A stretch of 64,000 bases of DNA, from assembly GCA_026025075.1 (NCBI GenBank), contig JAPEUI010000009.1, positions 186,001 through 250,000 on the forward strand, in the 5' to 3' direction. Position numbers and translations under genes: made by a program. Shown one piece after another: positions 11,421-24,600 of this stretch; positions within the stretch are counted from its first letter, which is position 1, and the number at the start of each line of letters is the position of its first letter. The DNA comes from Vezdaea acicularis. Its lineage: Eukaryota. Below the pieces are notes generated by a model. That model saw only the letters and a program-made list of their open reading frames with translations. It was not told the DNA's origin and made no database searches.

Positions 11421-12141
11421 CTAGCCCTTGACGCGGCTATTATTTGTGATTGAGCATTGTGTCTGGGTGCACACTAAATCCCCTTGGGAACTAGGCGGTG
11501 CTGTCGTTTCAGTAGCGTTGAGCACGTCAACCGGAGGTAGAGTGACCGCCCAGGAATCGCTCGTGTTAGTCCTTATCGAGATAGTCCAGGACCCAACGTG
11601 TGCAACATCTGCAACAGTTGTGCGGACAGCACTGACGTTGGCCGAGTATTGGACGCTATCAATGATTTGTCAGTCGTACATCCCGAATTGTTTTGACGAT
11701 GTAAGCTTACATATGACTGATTGAGATCCTCAAGCCGTGGGTTGCGTTATTACTGCTGTTGAAGGGGACGCTGACGTTGAAAGTGTAGTCTGTGTTGTTA
11801 CACGCTGGGTTTGACATAATTGCCGCAGCATCCGAGTTTCTCAGAACTGGACTCATCGCGGAAGGGGTTCCTTGACTTGCATCGGGCTGCAGAATGACGT
11901 CCAAGCCTTGTACCGTCATTGAACAGTTGGTGTTAGAGTCGGACTGGTTATAGTAATCTAGAGATGGATCCGCTACTTGGAAACCAAGAATGCCCGTGAC
12001 GTTGTTTCCAATAACTAGATCTCTGATCGTGACGTCTGAGAGCTGTATGTTGGGCGTGGCAGGTATGTCTGTATTGATTGGCCGTGCAATGCAGGTTCTA
12101 ATCGCAGCAAGAGCCAGAAAAGGCAGAACGGACGAAATCAT
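11421..12141 (-). CDS. Small secreted protein (~220 aa, 4 mature Cys), possibly Alt a 1/AA1-like; exons 12141-11711, 11655-11421
   Basis: Signal peptide MISSVLPFLALAAIRTCIA, many N-glycosylation sequons, and the pattern F-x-V-x-D...TNC...C..TDYTF...LRISISH. A GTAAGC..CTGAC..TAG intron opens a second exon ending CTQTQCSITNNSRVKG*. Confidence 0.75.
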
Positions 12142-12214
12142 TGACTCAGTCGGTTCGACTGGATATATTGGTCAAGCTAGAGTAGGGGAGACATAGGACA
12201 AATCGACCACTCTC

Positions 12215-12220
12215 TTTATA
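12215..12220 (-). promoter_or_regulatory. TATA box (TATAAA) of the secreted-protein gene
   Basis: TATAAA on the minus strand about 75 bp upstream of ATG 12141. Confidence 0.5.
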
Positions 12221-12810
12221 AGAGTAAGGCAAAGAGGATCGATGATATGCTGCCGGTCCTGATAGGCGCAACACATAGCTTCATCACCATAGTATTGCTA
12301 AACAACCCCCTCAGCTTCAAAGTCTGTTTCCGACTCCTACCTTCTCGTCCACGCATTGATCCTCATGTCAGCAATAACACGGGCACGTTTGAAGACACTT
12401 CATCACTCTCGTATTCCACGTAGGTCCGCTAGCACTTTGTTGCGCATAGGATTCCAGAGCTGATTGCTGAGAGCGTCTTGATCGTAGGTTTGCCGGACTG
12501 GTGAGGGCGCTACGGACATCTGACAGTCCCTGCAGACCCACGCGATGAACTTTAAGCTGCGCAGATAAAGCTCGACGTAGGAGTCTAACCTAGCTAGTAG
12601 CGGATTGCACCGGAGATCTCCAAATTTGATCGTTCCCTACTTTTTCAGGGTCAGAAGATTGTAATCAAAGCGCCAGTCTTTTGCAGACTTACGGAGGCTT
12701 TAGGCAGAATACTACCAGGATTCTAGTGGTATGAGAACAGGTGCTTTGCTCCAACGGCATGAGTTCCACTTTCGAAGGTGTACCTTATGTTGGAATGCTC
12801 TGCCCATTTT

Positions 12811-14053
12811 TCACTTTCGAGAGGACTCATACCAGCTCCCAGCGAACCAGACAAACGCGCAACCGGCCAGCGCCCAAGCGCCCACGGCTTTCCGGACCCA
12901 TCCGCCTTCAGCTTCAATCCGTAATGCACCTACACGTTTTGCTGCTGTCTTCCTAACGTATTCCTCTGTGCTTAAAGGAAGCTCTCCTGAAAGATTGATC
13001 GCTTTATGTTTCGCGAGTATCATTCGTCCAAGCTGTGCCAAATCTTCCTTCCACTGTGTTTCATTTGCCTCAACCGCGGCCTCAACCTCTACATTCTGAA
13101 CATTGCCGAAGAAATCCATCACAAGTCTTTCTCTTCCGGCTTGCTCTCCACCTGGAAAGTGGTTGTAGCTTACTCCCGGATGTGAATGGATTTTGCTCTC
13201 ATCATAGCTGTCGAAAAGGTCGCCGAGAGTGAGTTTGCTGCTGGGATCGCGAATGTGGGTTTCAAGGAAGTCTAAATTGTAATATGTATATCGGTCAATA
13301 ACGGCAACACCAACATCATTGTCTGCGTGGTGCGAATAAGACGATTGGTCGATCTCGGAGGAGCCAGTAGCGATTATGTTTGGAGAGTAGAATTTGCTGT
13401 ACATTGTGTTCGCTTGGCATGTGTCAATCATAAAGAGCAATTCATGATAGCTATAAAGTGGTTAGTCTCAAGCTCCGATAGTAGGAGCAGTAATTAGACA
13501 TGAGAGATGTTGTTTACCGTTTCTTCTCATACATCTGCTCGATTGCATCTGCTAGGTCAAAAGCTGAGATCTCTTCAGCATCCTGGAACTTTAAGAACTC
13601 ATTGCCACCATGGCCCGTCATATACACAAGGATATTACTCCGATCATCCGTTAGCAGTCTCTTGCTTCGTGGCATCTCTTCGCCAACCCGGTCAGTCAAA
13701 AGACGTATAAAGTTCTCCACGGTGACTTCGTAGCCCCTGTAGTCCACCTCTATATTATCCCCATACAAGTCCACAGCCCTATCCGCATTGCTGTATACTG
13801 TCCCCGGGAAGGCATTTCGAGGATTGCACGCCATATCATCGGGAAGCATGAGGATGATCTGGGAGTCAGGGATCCCAAGTCTTTTCACAGTTCGGTAGAG
13901 AGAAAGCACATTGGCAAGATGGCGGTAGTTGAACCAAAAGCGTGAAGTTGACACAAGAACGGCCCAGTTTGATGTATGCTCTCCTATGACAAGACAGGGC
14001 AGCAGGCATAGCATTAAAAGAATGCCGCGCAGTAGAGAGAATTCCGCCATCAT
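12811..14053 (-). CDS. GPI8: GPI-anchor transamidase catalytic subunit (peptidase C13); exons 14053-13518, 13450-12811
   Basis: [27 protein letters not shown] (catalytic His), IDTCQA (catalytic Cys), an N-terminal signal peptide and a C-terminal TM segment. Confidence 0.96.
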
Positions 14054-14300
14054 GTAATTGCTATGATATAGTTTGGACGTTTCCATCACCAAACTAAGCG
14101 AGCTGCGGTTCTGACCTTTCTCCCAAAATTTGTAAGCGATATCAACACCCTCATACGTAAAAGTCTACAAGTATATTTGTCTACAATGCTAATTTGAAGC
14201 AACCTAGTGCCAAATGCCATAAATGCAAATGTAATACGTGTTGTACAGAACACTAACCCCCAAGGAAGCCTCCGCGTTTGAACGCCACGCTTATGTAATC

Positions 14301-16087
14301 TCAATTGGACTTTAGCCCGCCACCACACCAGCATCTACCCTCCCCTTCTCGCTCTACTTGAACGACTATGTCAAGAGCTCTATCTTTAAGAAATTCCACT
14401 GCCCTCTCTCGAACGTCTTCGAGGTCTGCAGTTTTAGAAGCAATCACATGAATAACGCCCAATACCCGCCCTCCATCTGGATGACCCTCGCAGTGGTCGT
14501 CAACGTGAGCATGCTCATCATGTTGTGCAGCGGTGATGGCAGGATCCTCGAGCCAAAATCGAGGTACCGTGTATCCGACTACACCTCTTAAGCTACTTAC
14601 ACCGGCCAGTGTCTCTCTGACCAAGTACTCGGTATCTGAAGGTAGAGAAAGCAGGAGAGTCTTTGCACTGCTGCTGACAAGAGGTATTGCAGATGCGAAG
14701 ATAAGAATAGCGATCAAACAACTGGCTAGAGGGTCGAAGCCTGGCCAGTTAAAAAAGTGTATGAGAATCGTAGAGATGACTACGGCGACCGAGCCAAGTG
14801 TATCAGCAAGCACGTGCAAGAAGATGCCATGCATGTTGTCATTTGAGTGATGGTGATGACCGTAAGAGGTCTGCTTTGGTGGGGCTTTTGAGAGTGTTTC
14901 CGATATCAATGGAGACGGTGTATGGGATGTGTGGGCGTGGGTCGATCTTAGTGGTGTTAGAGGAGGATGCGAATGATTGTGGTGTGCGTGGTCATGCCCG
15001 TGATCGTGGTCATGCCCATGGTCGTGCCCATGTGCCTGGCTATGAGAATGTCCACCATGAGAGTGGCCATGGCCGTGATGTGCATGATCGAATGCCAGCA
15101 TGCCGACCAAGTTGACCATCAACCCTAGAATGCTAACAGTAAGGAGCTCTCCTATCCGCTGCATCTTCGCTCCGTCAGAAAGGCGTTCGATAGCCTCAAT
15201 GACGATTTCAACGCTGATAAGCCTGTAGAAGCTCATTAGCTTTTGTCCATGATATTATCAGAGGATATCCTCTCTCACATCAGGAATATGCCATTCGCAA
15301 ATCCGGCAAGCGTATCCATTTTTCCAAGGCCATAGGGAAACCGCATACTTGGTGGCCATTTGCTCATTACTGCCGCACAAAGCCCAACCAGCAGTGCAAG
15401 ACAATCGAAGAGCATATGAACACTGTCACTAAGTAAACCCAAGGACCCAGTTGCAATGCCGTAGAAGGTTTGTATGAGCATAAATCCGAAATTTAGTCTG
15501 CCTGCGGTTAGCCCAGGGGAACCAACATTTAAAGGGATATTAATCCCTCACGTCATGAAATAGAATATCCGCCTTGAGTCTTTTTCCACTAATATGTTAT
15601 GAAGAAGAGGATATCGCTGAGCCCACTCCAGCAGTACTTGTGTCACTCGCGAGTGGCCCATCTCCGTGTGTGAATGTGACCTAGCAGGTATGATTGTTTT
15701 ACCCACTGCGGGTATGCCATAGTCACTTCCCTTCGGATACGCTGTAGTCGAAGTGTTACGCGTTGGAAGCAAATTACCTTCTGAGCTTGTGAAGCTCCCA
15801 TTCGATGGGTACGGCTGTCGAGGGACGTGTGCGTCGGATTGATAATGACGATGGTTCTCTAGAATGTGATTATGATTGTGGGATGCCGTGTGCGAATGTG
15901 GATGGGAATGAGCATGGAGACTGCCGTTAGAGACCGCTTTTCGTAAGCTTCCGCCATTTGCTATGCTCTGAAGCATTGGGCTACGTTCCGCAGATAACAG
16001 TCCAGGCTGTGGGGGGTCGTAGGTATGCCCATCATGAGCATGCGCCCCGCCACTATATGCCATAGGCAGCGCGTAAGTCGATGTCAT
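14301..16087 (-). CDS. CDF-family zinc transporter (Msc2/Cis4/ZnT5-7-like); exons 16087-15552, 15497-15279, 15222-14301
   Basis: GSLGLLSDSVHMLFDC, a His-rich cytosolic loop, NMHGIFLHVLADTLGSV and DPLAS. Two canonical introns. Confidence 0.92.
14970..15090. repeat. Degenerate coding repeat giving the HGHDHGHDHDH His-rich loop
   Basis: Repeated GTGGTCATGCCC units on the + strand. Confidence 0.6.
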
Positions 16088-16621
16088 CAACGGCGACGTA
16101 TCTGAGCCCGTTGACCACTCTACTTGTCTCCTCTTATGTCTTAAGGTCCCCGCCGCTTGCACCGGGCAAGCTGAATCAGGTTAGACCCCCCAGTTGATGT
16201 CACTGTGAAGAATTATGGAACACACAAGGACCACGGCCAATTGGCCTGCGACTGAGAATTGTTGAACGCGGACCAGTGCTGAAGGCGAATGAACCGTAGT
16301 CGGGGATGAGTGGAGTCTGGTTTGGCGGTCTTGGGAAGTTACTACTGTAATGGGTTGGAGGGGGAGCGGTAAACGACGAACTGTTGTTGTATCGCTCGTT
16401 TAGTTAAGGGGGTGCAAGCGGCTCGGCGATTTAGCGTGCGGGCAATCGTCATAAACACCGCTAAGGCAAGCCTTTATGCCAGGGTCCTGATTGGCCTGCA
16501 GAGACGTGGCCATGGCTTTGCCAGGAACAACTTGTAGGGGGCACTATGGGCGTCATGAGATTATAATCGATGCTATTATAAAGCGTAATGGGATCGGAGT
16601 ACCTCCAAATCGCGTCACGAC

Positions 16622-18267
16622 ATGGAGCTACTTGAGGTCTTTCTGTTTGGCGCTGTCCTTGGTTCCACGGCTTTCACTATATTCCTACTTATGCTCCCTT
16701 TGAGGTATGATAGAAATAGTAACCAAGGCGCGAAGGCGCATAAAACTTCAGTCCAAGTTTTGGTACTTGGGGACATAGGCAGAAGCCCGCGAATGCAGAA
16801 TCATTCCATAAGCATTGCCCGTCATGGAGGTAGAGTCGAGATAATCGGGTATAAAGGCATGCTTGGCCTACCAGAGTGTTCTCGTCTTCTACTGACTGTG
16901 ATCTAAGAATCTGATCTGCATCCTGATCTCTTGGGGAACCCTCTGATATCGATTACACCTATACCCTTTCCACCAAGGTTTCTTTCCACGGGAAATAGGT
17001 CGCTCTTTATTTTGTTTGGCCCCTTGAAGGTTCTTTGGCAGATATGGAGTCTCTGTTTAATCCTTGGATATCGCACAAAGCCGTCGGAATGGATGTTGGT
17101 TCAAGTATGTTGAGTATAGTTTCATATGACCTCGTCAATGCGCTGAGGAAGTTAACAAAATCTCTTCGAGAATGCACAATAATGTTTACGTCTAAGATAT
17201 AGTCTCCGAAGCCGATCCCTTAAGCTCAACCAATAATGACTAGTATGCTGATTATAAGTCGTATTTTTACAGAATCCTCCCTCCATACCGACATTAGCAA
17301 TAGCGCAAGCCATCTGTTTTCTCCGGAACACTCGTCTCCTCATTGACTGGCATAACTTCGGCTGGTCAATTCTTGCTCTTAAGCTTGGAGAAAAGCACCC
17401 ACTCGTGCGCGTATCAAAATGGTATTCGAGTCATATCACTAGGATAGACTCGATGTATGAGCTAATGTTGTATTGTATAGGTACGAATCCTTTTTCGGTC
17501 GTAATGCAACCGCCCATTTCACGGTATCCGATGCCATGGCGCGCGTTCTTAAATCGGAGTATCGTACCACTTCCTCAGTGCTAACCCTCCACGACCGCCC
17601 CCCTGCCCATTTTCAACCCCTCACGCCACCCCAACAATCTGCCTTCCTTCATCACCTGCCCGAATCAGCTCCTTATGCGGCTTCAATCGACGAGGGTAAG
17701 ACACATCTCATCGTTAGCTCCACATCCTGGACGGCCGATGAAGATTTCTCCATTCTCCTTGACGCACTTCTTAAATACTCCGCACGTGCACGGCCACGAC
17801 CCTATCTCGTTGTGATTATAACTGGCAAGGGCCCCCAGAAAGAAGCTTATGTCTCCCAAATTGCCCGCCTTACCTCCTCACATAGGCTGGAGAACGTGAC
17901 CATCCTCACAGCTTGGCTGTCTATAGAGAACTACGCTTCACTACTTGCTAGCGCTTCTCTTGGTGTCTCTTTACACATGTCTTCGTCCGGTGTTGACCTG
18001 CCAATGAAGGTGGTAGACATGTTTGGAGCCGGTTTGCCTGTTGCAGGGTGGGCAAAGTTTAAGGCGTGGCCTGAGCTTGTGCAAGAAGGGGTCAATGGAC
18101 GTGGCTTTGATAGTGCGGATGGGTTAGCAGATATTTTGGAGGAGCTACTTGTAGGTGACAAGAGGAACTTGGCAGTGCTGAAGCAGGGAGCTATACGAGA
18201 GGGAGAAGTTAGGTGGGATGACGAATGGAATGGCGTGGCTGGAAGACTATTGGGTCTTTGTGAATAG
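16622..18267 (+). CDS. ALG1: Chitobiosyldiphosphodolichol beta-1,4-mannosyltransferase; exons 16622-16856, 16908-17104, 17273-17421, 17481-18267
   Basis: VLVLGDIGRSPRMQ, QNPPSIP, IDWHNFG, SSTSWTADEDF, SSSGVDLPMKVVDMFG. The first intron is GC-AG. Confidence 0.95.
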
Positions 18268-18323
18268 CCGGAGATGTGAGATGCTTCTAAGGAAATTGGG
18301 GTATTCGAGGTGTTGAGATTTCT

Positions 18324-19692
18324 TTAATTTGCCTTGTCGATACGTTGTACAACCATCGCCGTAGCACCACCGCCGCCGTTACAAATTGCAGCAACGCCAT
18401 ATTCTCCAACTTTGAGTTGATGTAGTAAGGTCGTTAATATCCTACTACCGGAACTTCCTAGTGCATGGCCCAATGATATTGCGCCTCCCAAAAGGTTCAT
18501 TTTGGCGTTTTCTAATCCCAGGATTTTCTCATTCGCCTTAATGACCGCCGCAAAAGCCTCGTTAAATTCCCATATCGTGATGTCCTTTGCGTTGAGGCCA
18601 GCCCGTTCAAGGGCAATTGGAACAGCCTTTGCTGGAGCCACTGGAAAGTCAGCGGGGTCGACTGCTGCGTCTGCGCTTGAGACAATGCGAGCTAAGACAC
18701 GAGAACTGCTGCCATATTCTCGTGCAATACGCTTGCTCCCTAGAACAAGTGCTGATGCCCCATCATTCATAGTCGATGAATTAGCGGCTGTGACGGTACC
18801 TCGACCATCTTTGATAAATGCTGGCTTCAGAGTAGGGACCTTTTCGACCTTTAGGGTATCATAATTCTCATCTCTTGAAACAACTGTCTCCCCTTTTCTA
18901 GATTTTACCGTCACTGGAGCGATCTCATCCTTGAAAGCTTCGCGTGCCCAAGCAGCTTGAGCCCGTTCAAATGACCGGATTGCGTATGCGTCTTGATCTT
19001 CTCGGCTTATATTGTATTCCTTTGCGGTCTTCTCTGCACAATTTCCCATGTGAAATTGGTTATATACGTCCCATAACCCATCCTTTATCAATCCGTCTTG
19101 TAATTGGATATTCCCAAATGGGGGCAACCCGCTTGCTCGAGGTAAATAGTACGGAACGGCCGACATATTCTCCATACCACCAGCAACCTGCGCCTCTGCA
19201 AGACCTAGCTGTATATTCTGTGCTGCGAAAACGACCGCCTTTAAACCTGAGGAACACACTTTGTTGATAGTAATGGCTTCAACTGTCGGACTGAGACCAG
19301 CAAGCATTGAAGCTTGGCGAGCCGGAGCTTGGCCGACTGATCCTTGTAATACATTTCCCATATAGACATCCGTTATTATTGATGCAGGCACTGTGGACTT
19401 TTCCAAAGCAGCTATAATGGCAGTGGCGCCCAGTTGAGGGGCCGGCACTGTTGTGAAGGAGCCATTAAACTAAGCGCTGGTCAGTAGGGTCGAGAGCAAG
19501 CTTCAACTATGTATATACTTTTGCTGTTGGGGTCCGAGTAGCACTAAGGATGTACGCATCTCTTATTTCCTTCTGCGCTGCTGCACTGCTAGTGAAGTGC
19601 CTCTTTATCTGGATTATCCGCTGCTGTGGAGGTGACGCCGAGGATAGCCGTAATCCTGCAGCTCGCAAACTACCTTTAGATATGGTTGACAT
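18324..19692 (-). CDS. Acetyl-CoA C-acetyltransferase (thiolase II), probably mitochondrial; exons 19692-19519, 19469-18324
   Basis: [39 protein letters not shown]. The N-terminal presequence is Arg/Ser-rich and lacks acidic residues. Confidence 0.95.
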
Positions 19693-19854
19693 CCTCTTCG
19701 AGGGAAAAATATATTGCTTGCCCCTTCAATTTTCGAAAATATTGAAAGGGATTGAGGATAGTGTCAAGGGGGGAGGATAGGGCTGCGTTACTAGGAATTT
19801 CAGCGTCATCAACATGGCAAGAGGCACGTTGACCGCGCCCAAAGACAGCTTTAG

Positions 19855-19860
19855 CCTCGG
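19855..19860 (-). promoter_or_regulatory. CCTCGG/CCGAGG candidate FarA/FarB element upstream of the thiolase
   Basis: Exact 6-mer about 165 bp upstream of the thiolase ATG, in the divergent thiolase/RAD6 promoter. Confidence 0.35.
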
Positions 19861-20196
19861 CTGTGCGGAATCTCGCCGCTCTGTATGAAGCTGCCCACGC
19901 TCTCTGAAAACGCTTTAAAAACAGATATTAACCTCAAGCAGGCTCAAATAGCTGTGATCGTCGACTCAATAACACAATCCTGAGATTAACTCAAAAATGA
20001 TGGGGAACGTAGAAAGCTGGGCGGGTCATGTGATGATGTAGTGCGGTGCGAAACCGGCGGCGCTTCAATGATCACACACCTCTTTCCCTAGTCCATCTTT
20101 GCGATCACGGTTGCATCTCTCAGTTCCAACTCTCGTAGCTGCACAGCAACTTCTAACGCAAATAGAAAGAACATTTGGATTCATCAGGCCGACGAA

Positions 20197-20897
20197 ATGT
20201 CGACTCTTGCACGTCGGCGCCTCATGCGGGACTTCAAGGTGAGCGGCGGTTCTCTTTTGGATATCGAAGGCTTCCATGCATGACTTGGTGCATGTATTAT
20301 AACGAATATTCAAGAAGATGTTCCTTTGAGATGTTCCTTACATGGCTAATATTATCACTGGTGAATAGCGGATGCAAACAGACCCTCCTGGTGGCGTGTC
20401 AGCCTCTCCTGTAGCAGAGAATGTGATGCAGTGGTATGTTGCCCGTGCACCTCTTGAAATTTGGAGCATGGCTTACAAGATCTTTCAGGAACGCTGTTAT
20501 TATTGGTCCCGCTGATACCCCTTTCGAGGATGGCACCTTCCGTCTGGTTATGATCTTCGAGGAGCAATACCCAAACAAGCCTCCGGTCGTCAAGTTTATC
20601 AGCGAAATGTTTCATCCTAATGTGTACGCTACGGGCGAATTGTGCCTGGATATCTTACAAAACCGTTGGAGTCCAACATACGACGTAGCCGCGATCCTGA
20701 CAAGTATCCAGAGGTACGCTCACCTTGAAGGGGCTGGCTTATAGCTTTGCTAATTTGAGGAAAATATTGATAGTCTTCTCAATGATCCAAACACGAACTC
20801 CCCAGCCAATGTCGAAGCATCAAATCTGTACAAGGATAACCGCAGAGAATACACGAAGCGTGTGCGCGAGACAGTCGAAAAGAGTTGGGAGGATTGA
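20197..20897 (+). CDS. RAD6: Ubiquitin-conjugating enzyme Rad6/Ubc2; exons 20197-20238, 20369-20433, 20489-20713, 20774-20897
   Basis: [21 protein letters not shown]...[41 protein letters not shown]. Confidence 0.97.
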
Positions 20898-21684
20898 AGG
20901 GGTTCTAGAGCACATCTCGAAATGATAATGGTGTTTAAGAGTTGACTTTTTGTCACGCATAGCGAAGCGCTTCTCTTGGTCTATGTTTCTAAGAATCGGA
21001 GGGTTTACTTCAGCCTTCCTATATTGCCTATTTTACAAAGTTACGAGATTACGCATCATTGGCAAAGGCGGAGTTCTGGGCAGAGGGGGCATGGAAGATT
21101 CCTGCTGCGACATGCTTCTGATTTGACCTTTCCCGATCTTCTCTAGCTTCGCATAGTCCTGGAGATCAGGGATTTCTAAAGAACATAGGGTCTCATGATG
21201 AATGAAATTCTATGATCCGCCCTGATGTTATCCAAAGCTCTATTATCTATCAAAGGCTAGGAGTTGGAAGGCGCTTGCTTCCTTCTCTTGGCACGGCGCT
21301 TCCCTCCGTGCGACCTAACGCGCAGAGCTAAAACTTAGCGTAGCTCTAATTCGTAGGCGAGCCGAGCATTTGGTGAGAATACATGCGACAACCCGCAGTG
21401 CATCAACTTTTCGCGGAATCATCAAGACGCTGGGTTCCCTTCAACGCGTCTATCGATCGCCTCTGCACTTCTTTATCGTGCCTCTGTCTCTGAATGGTGC
21501 ACCCGCTGCTTAAAGACAGGCAACTTTTCACCCTCGTCGCGTCACCTAGCCCCTACTGTTTCTCCTATGTTGACGGGGTGACGGACCAAGCCCCAGGAGT
21601 CTTACGAGTCTAAAACTGCGTAGGGTGCTTTAGGTAAATTGGGAAAACTCGTCATAAATCTGTGATCGAGCAATTACAGTAATC

Positions 21685-24600
21685 ATGGCGTACGATTGCC
21701 CATCTCTTCCAAAAATCCTGCCAGCACTTGCGCTTATACAGGCTTTCTAGGAATGTTGGGGGCACTGGAAGCTACAACACCATTAAGGGTATGTTTTGCA
21801 GACTGGATATAGCTCATCAAAGAGCTAGTGATCAGCCTTGATGCTGATGATTCTTGGATAGTGGTTGCTAGGTTCCGACCACAGAACAAGACAGAGTTAG
21901 AAAGTGGTGGTGAACCAATCGTCAGCTTTACATCGGAGGACACATGTAACCTCAACGTACGTTTACACTATAAAGCATATATTTGGAGACTAAGACCTTC
22001 ACGGAAACTTCAACTTGTTGCGCTTGTCACAGATACGGAGACTATATGCTGACGAAATATGTAGTCAAAAGAGGCGGCTGGCGCCTTTACTTTCGACAGA
22101 GTGTTTGATATGAACTCTCGCCAGACGGACGTCTTCGACTTCTCAATTAGATCTACTGTAGATGACATCTTAAATGGATACAACGGGACCGTATTCGCGT
22201 ACGGACAGACTGGCGCGGGAAAATCGTACACCATGATGGGTTCAGATATAGATAACGACGAATCAAGGGGTATAATTCCCCGTATTGTTGAACAGATATT
22301 TGCAAGCATCTTGTCAAGCCCGGGGAACATTGAGTACACTGTACGGGTTAGCTACATGGAGATCTACATGGAGCGAATACGAGATTTGTTAGCACCACAG
22401 AACGACAACCTCCCAGTTCATGAGGAGAAGAATCGGGGAGTATACGTTAAGGGGCTCTTAGAGATCTACGTATCGAGCGTTCAAGAGGTTTACGAGGTTA
22501 TGAGAAGGGGAGGCACGGCCAGGGCCGTGGCGGCAACGAACATGAATCAGGAGTCCTCTCGATCACATTCGATCTTTGTTGTAACGATTACGCAGAAAAA
22601 TGTGGAAACAGGATCAGCGAAAAGTGGCCAGCTGTTCTTGGTCGATCTAGCTGGAAGTGAGAAAGTGGGCAAGACGGGAGCTACCGGGCAAACTCTGGAG
22701 GAGGCTAAGAAGATTAACAAAAGCCTGTCGGCGCTTGGAATGGTCATCAACTCTCTAACAGACGGAAAATCAACACATATCCCATATCGCGACTCGAAAC
22801 TTACACGAATTCTGCAAGAGAGTCTAGGCGGTAATAGTAGGACAACTTTGATTGTAAACTGCTCCCCTAGTAGTTACAATGATGCGGAAACCCTGAGCAC
22901 ATTGAGATTTGGTGTACGAGCGAAGTCGATCAAGAATAAGGCTAAAATCAATGCAGAGCTCAGTCCTGCCGAGCTGAAACAGCTCTTGAAAAAGGCTCAA
23001 TCGCAAGTCACGACATTCGAGAATTATGTCTCTACATTAGAAGGGGAGGTTCAGTTGTGGCGAACAGGTGAAAGCGTTCCGAAAGATAGGTGGACGCCTG
23101 CATTGGGTGAGACTGCTGTTGGCGCGGTCAGGTCGGAGACCAGGAGTCCACGACCTGGTACACCTTCAAGACTGCAGTCTGATTCGGCTAGAGAAACTTC
23201 ATCTCGTCCTGATAGCCGGATCGGTGATAGAGCACCAACTCCAAGTATTCTTCTAGATAAAGACGAGAAGGAAGAGTTCTTGCGACGCGAGAATGAACTT
23301 CAAGACCAGATCGCAGAGAAGGAAAGTCAGATTGCGGCAGCTGAAAAAAATCTTCAAGACGTCAAGGAAGAGTTGGCATTCATGAAAGAACGTGATGCTC
23401 GCATCGGCAAAGACAACGAGAGGCTGACAAGCGATGTCAACGAGTTGAAGATGCATCTCGAGAAAGTATCATTCGAAGGGAAAGAGGCACAAATAACGAT
23501 GGACAGTCTCAGGGAAGCTAATTCTGAGTTAACGGGCGAACTTGATGAAGTCAAGCAACAACTGTTAGACATCAAGATGAGCGCGAAGGAGACTACTGCT
23601 GTGCTTGACGAGAAGGAAAGAAAGAAAGCTGAACGCATGGCGAAGATGATGGCAGGTTTCGATCTCGGCGGTGATGTATTCAGTGACAATGAGCGAAGTA
23701 TTCGCGAGCTTATTGCACATGTTGATTCACTGTACGAAGTCAGCGCATCAGGAGAGGCTATAGCACCTGACAGCTTCCAAAACTTAAGAGCCAGACTTGT
23801 AGAAACCCAGGGGATCGTGAGACAAGCTGAGCTATCTTTCAACAAGAGTAATGATCACGCAGCTTTCAAACGGCGAGAACAGCTCGAAGAGCGTTTGGTT
23901 ATGCTTGAGCAAGACTACGAGGAGCTTCTAGAGCGCAATCTCACCGAAACAGACGTACAAGAAATCAGGGAACGCCTTGAAAAGGCCTACGCGAACAAGC
24001 GTGATGTGCAGATGGAGATAGTGGAGGATCTCAAAGAAGACATCGCTCGCAAAATGGAAGAAAACGCTCAACTCCGATCCACTACCGAGAACTTACAAAA
24101 ACGCCTCAAAGACGGCAGTCCATCTGCTGTCAATGGCGTCGCCGGCAGTCTTGCCAATGGAAAAACCGTTCAACGGCAAATTGCAGAGTTTGACGTGATG
24201 AAGAAGAGCTTGATGAGAGACTTACAGAATAGATGTGAACGGGTGAGCATAGTCCCGCACACCTCAAACCTGACGTTTGATGCTAACGGTCCGATTAGGT
24301 TGTCGAACTTGAGATATCACTCGATGAGACTCGAGAACAATACAATAATGTGCTTCGATCATCAAATAATCGCGCGCAGCAGAAGAAGATGGCTTTCTTG
24401 GAGCGCAACCTAGAGCAACTAACGCAGGTACAGCGACAACTTGTGGAGCAGAACGGCAGTCTAAAGAAGGAGGTTGCCATCGCTGAACGGAAGCTCATCG
24501 CTCGTAATGAACGAATACAATCGTTGGAGAACCTATTGCACGATTCGCAGATCAAGCTGACCGAGAGGAATCATCATTTCGAAGGACAGCTTGCAGTAGT

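Noticed and set aside
5746..12811. Accessory block as a transposon or Starship cargo
   Set aside because: No transposase, tyrosine recombinase, terminal repeats or target-site duplication could be identified.
17105..17272. Unusually long (168 nt) ALG1 intron 2 as a snoRNA host
   Set aside because: No RTGATGA C box paired with a terminal CTGA, and no clear H/ACA double hairpin. It cannot be supported without an Rfam search.
20860..20897. Rad6 lacks the polyacidic C-terminal tail
   Set aside because: This is normal outside budding yeasts.
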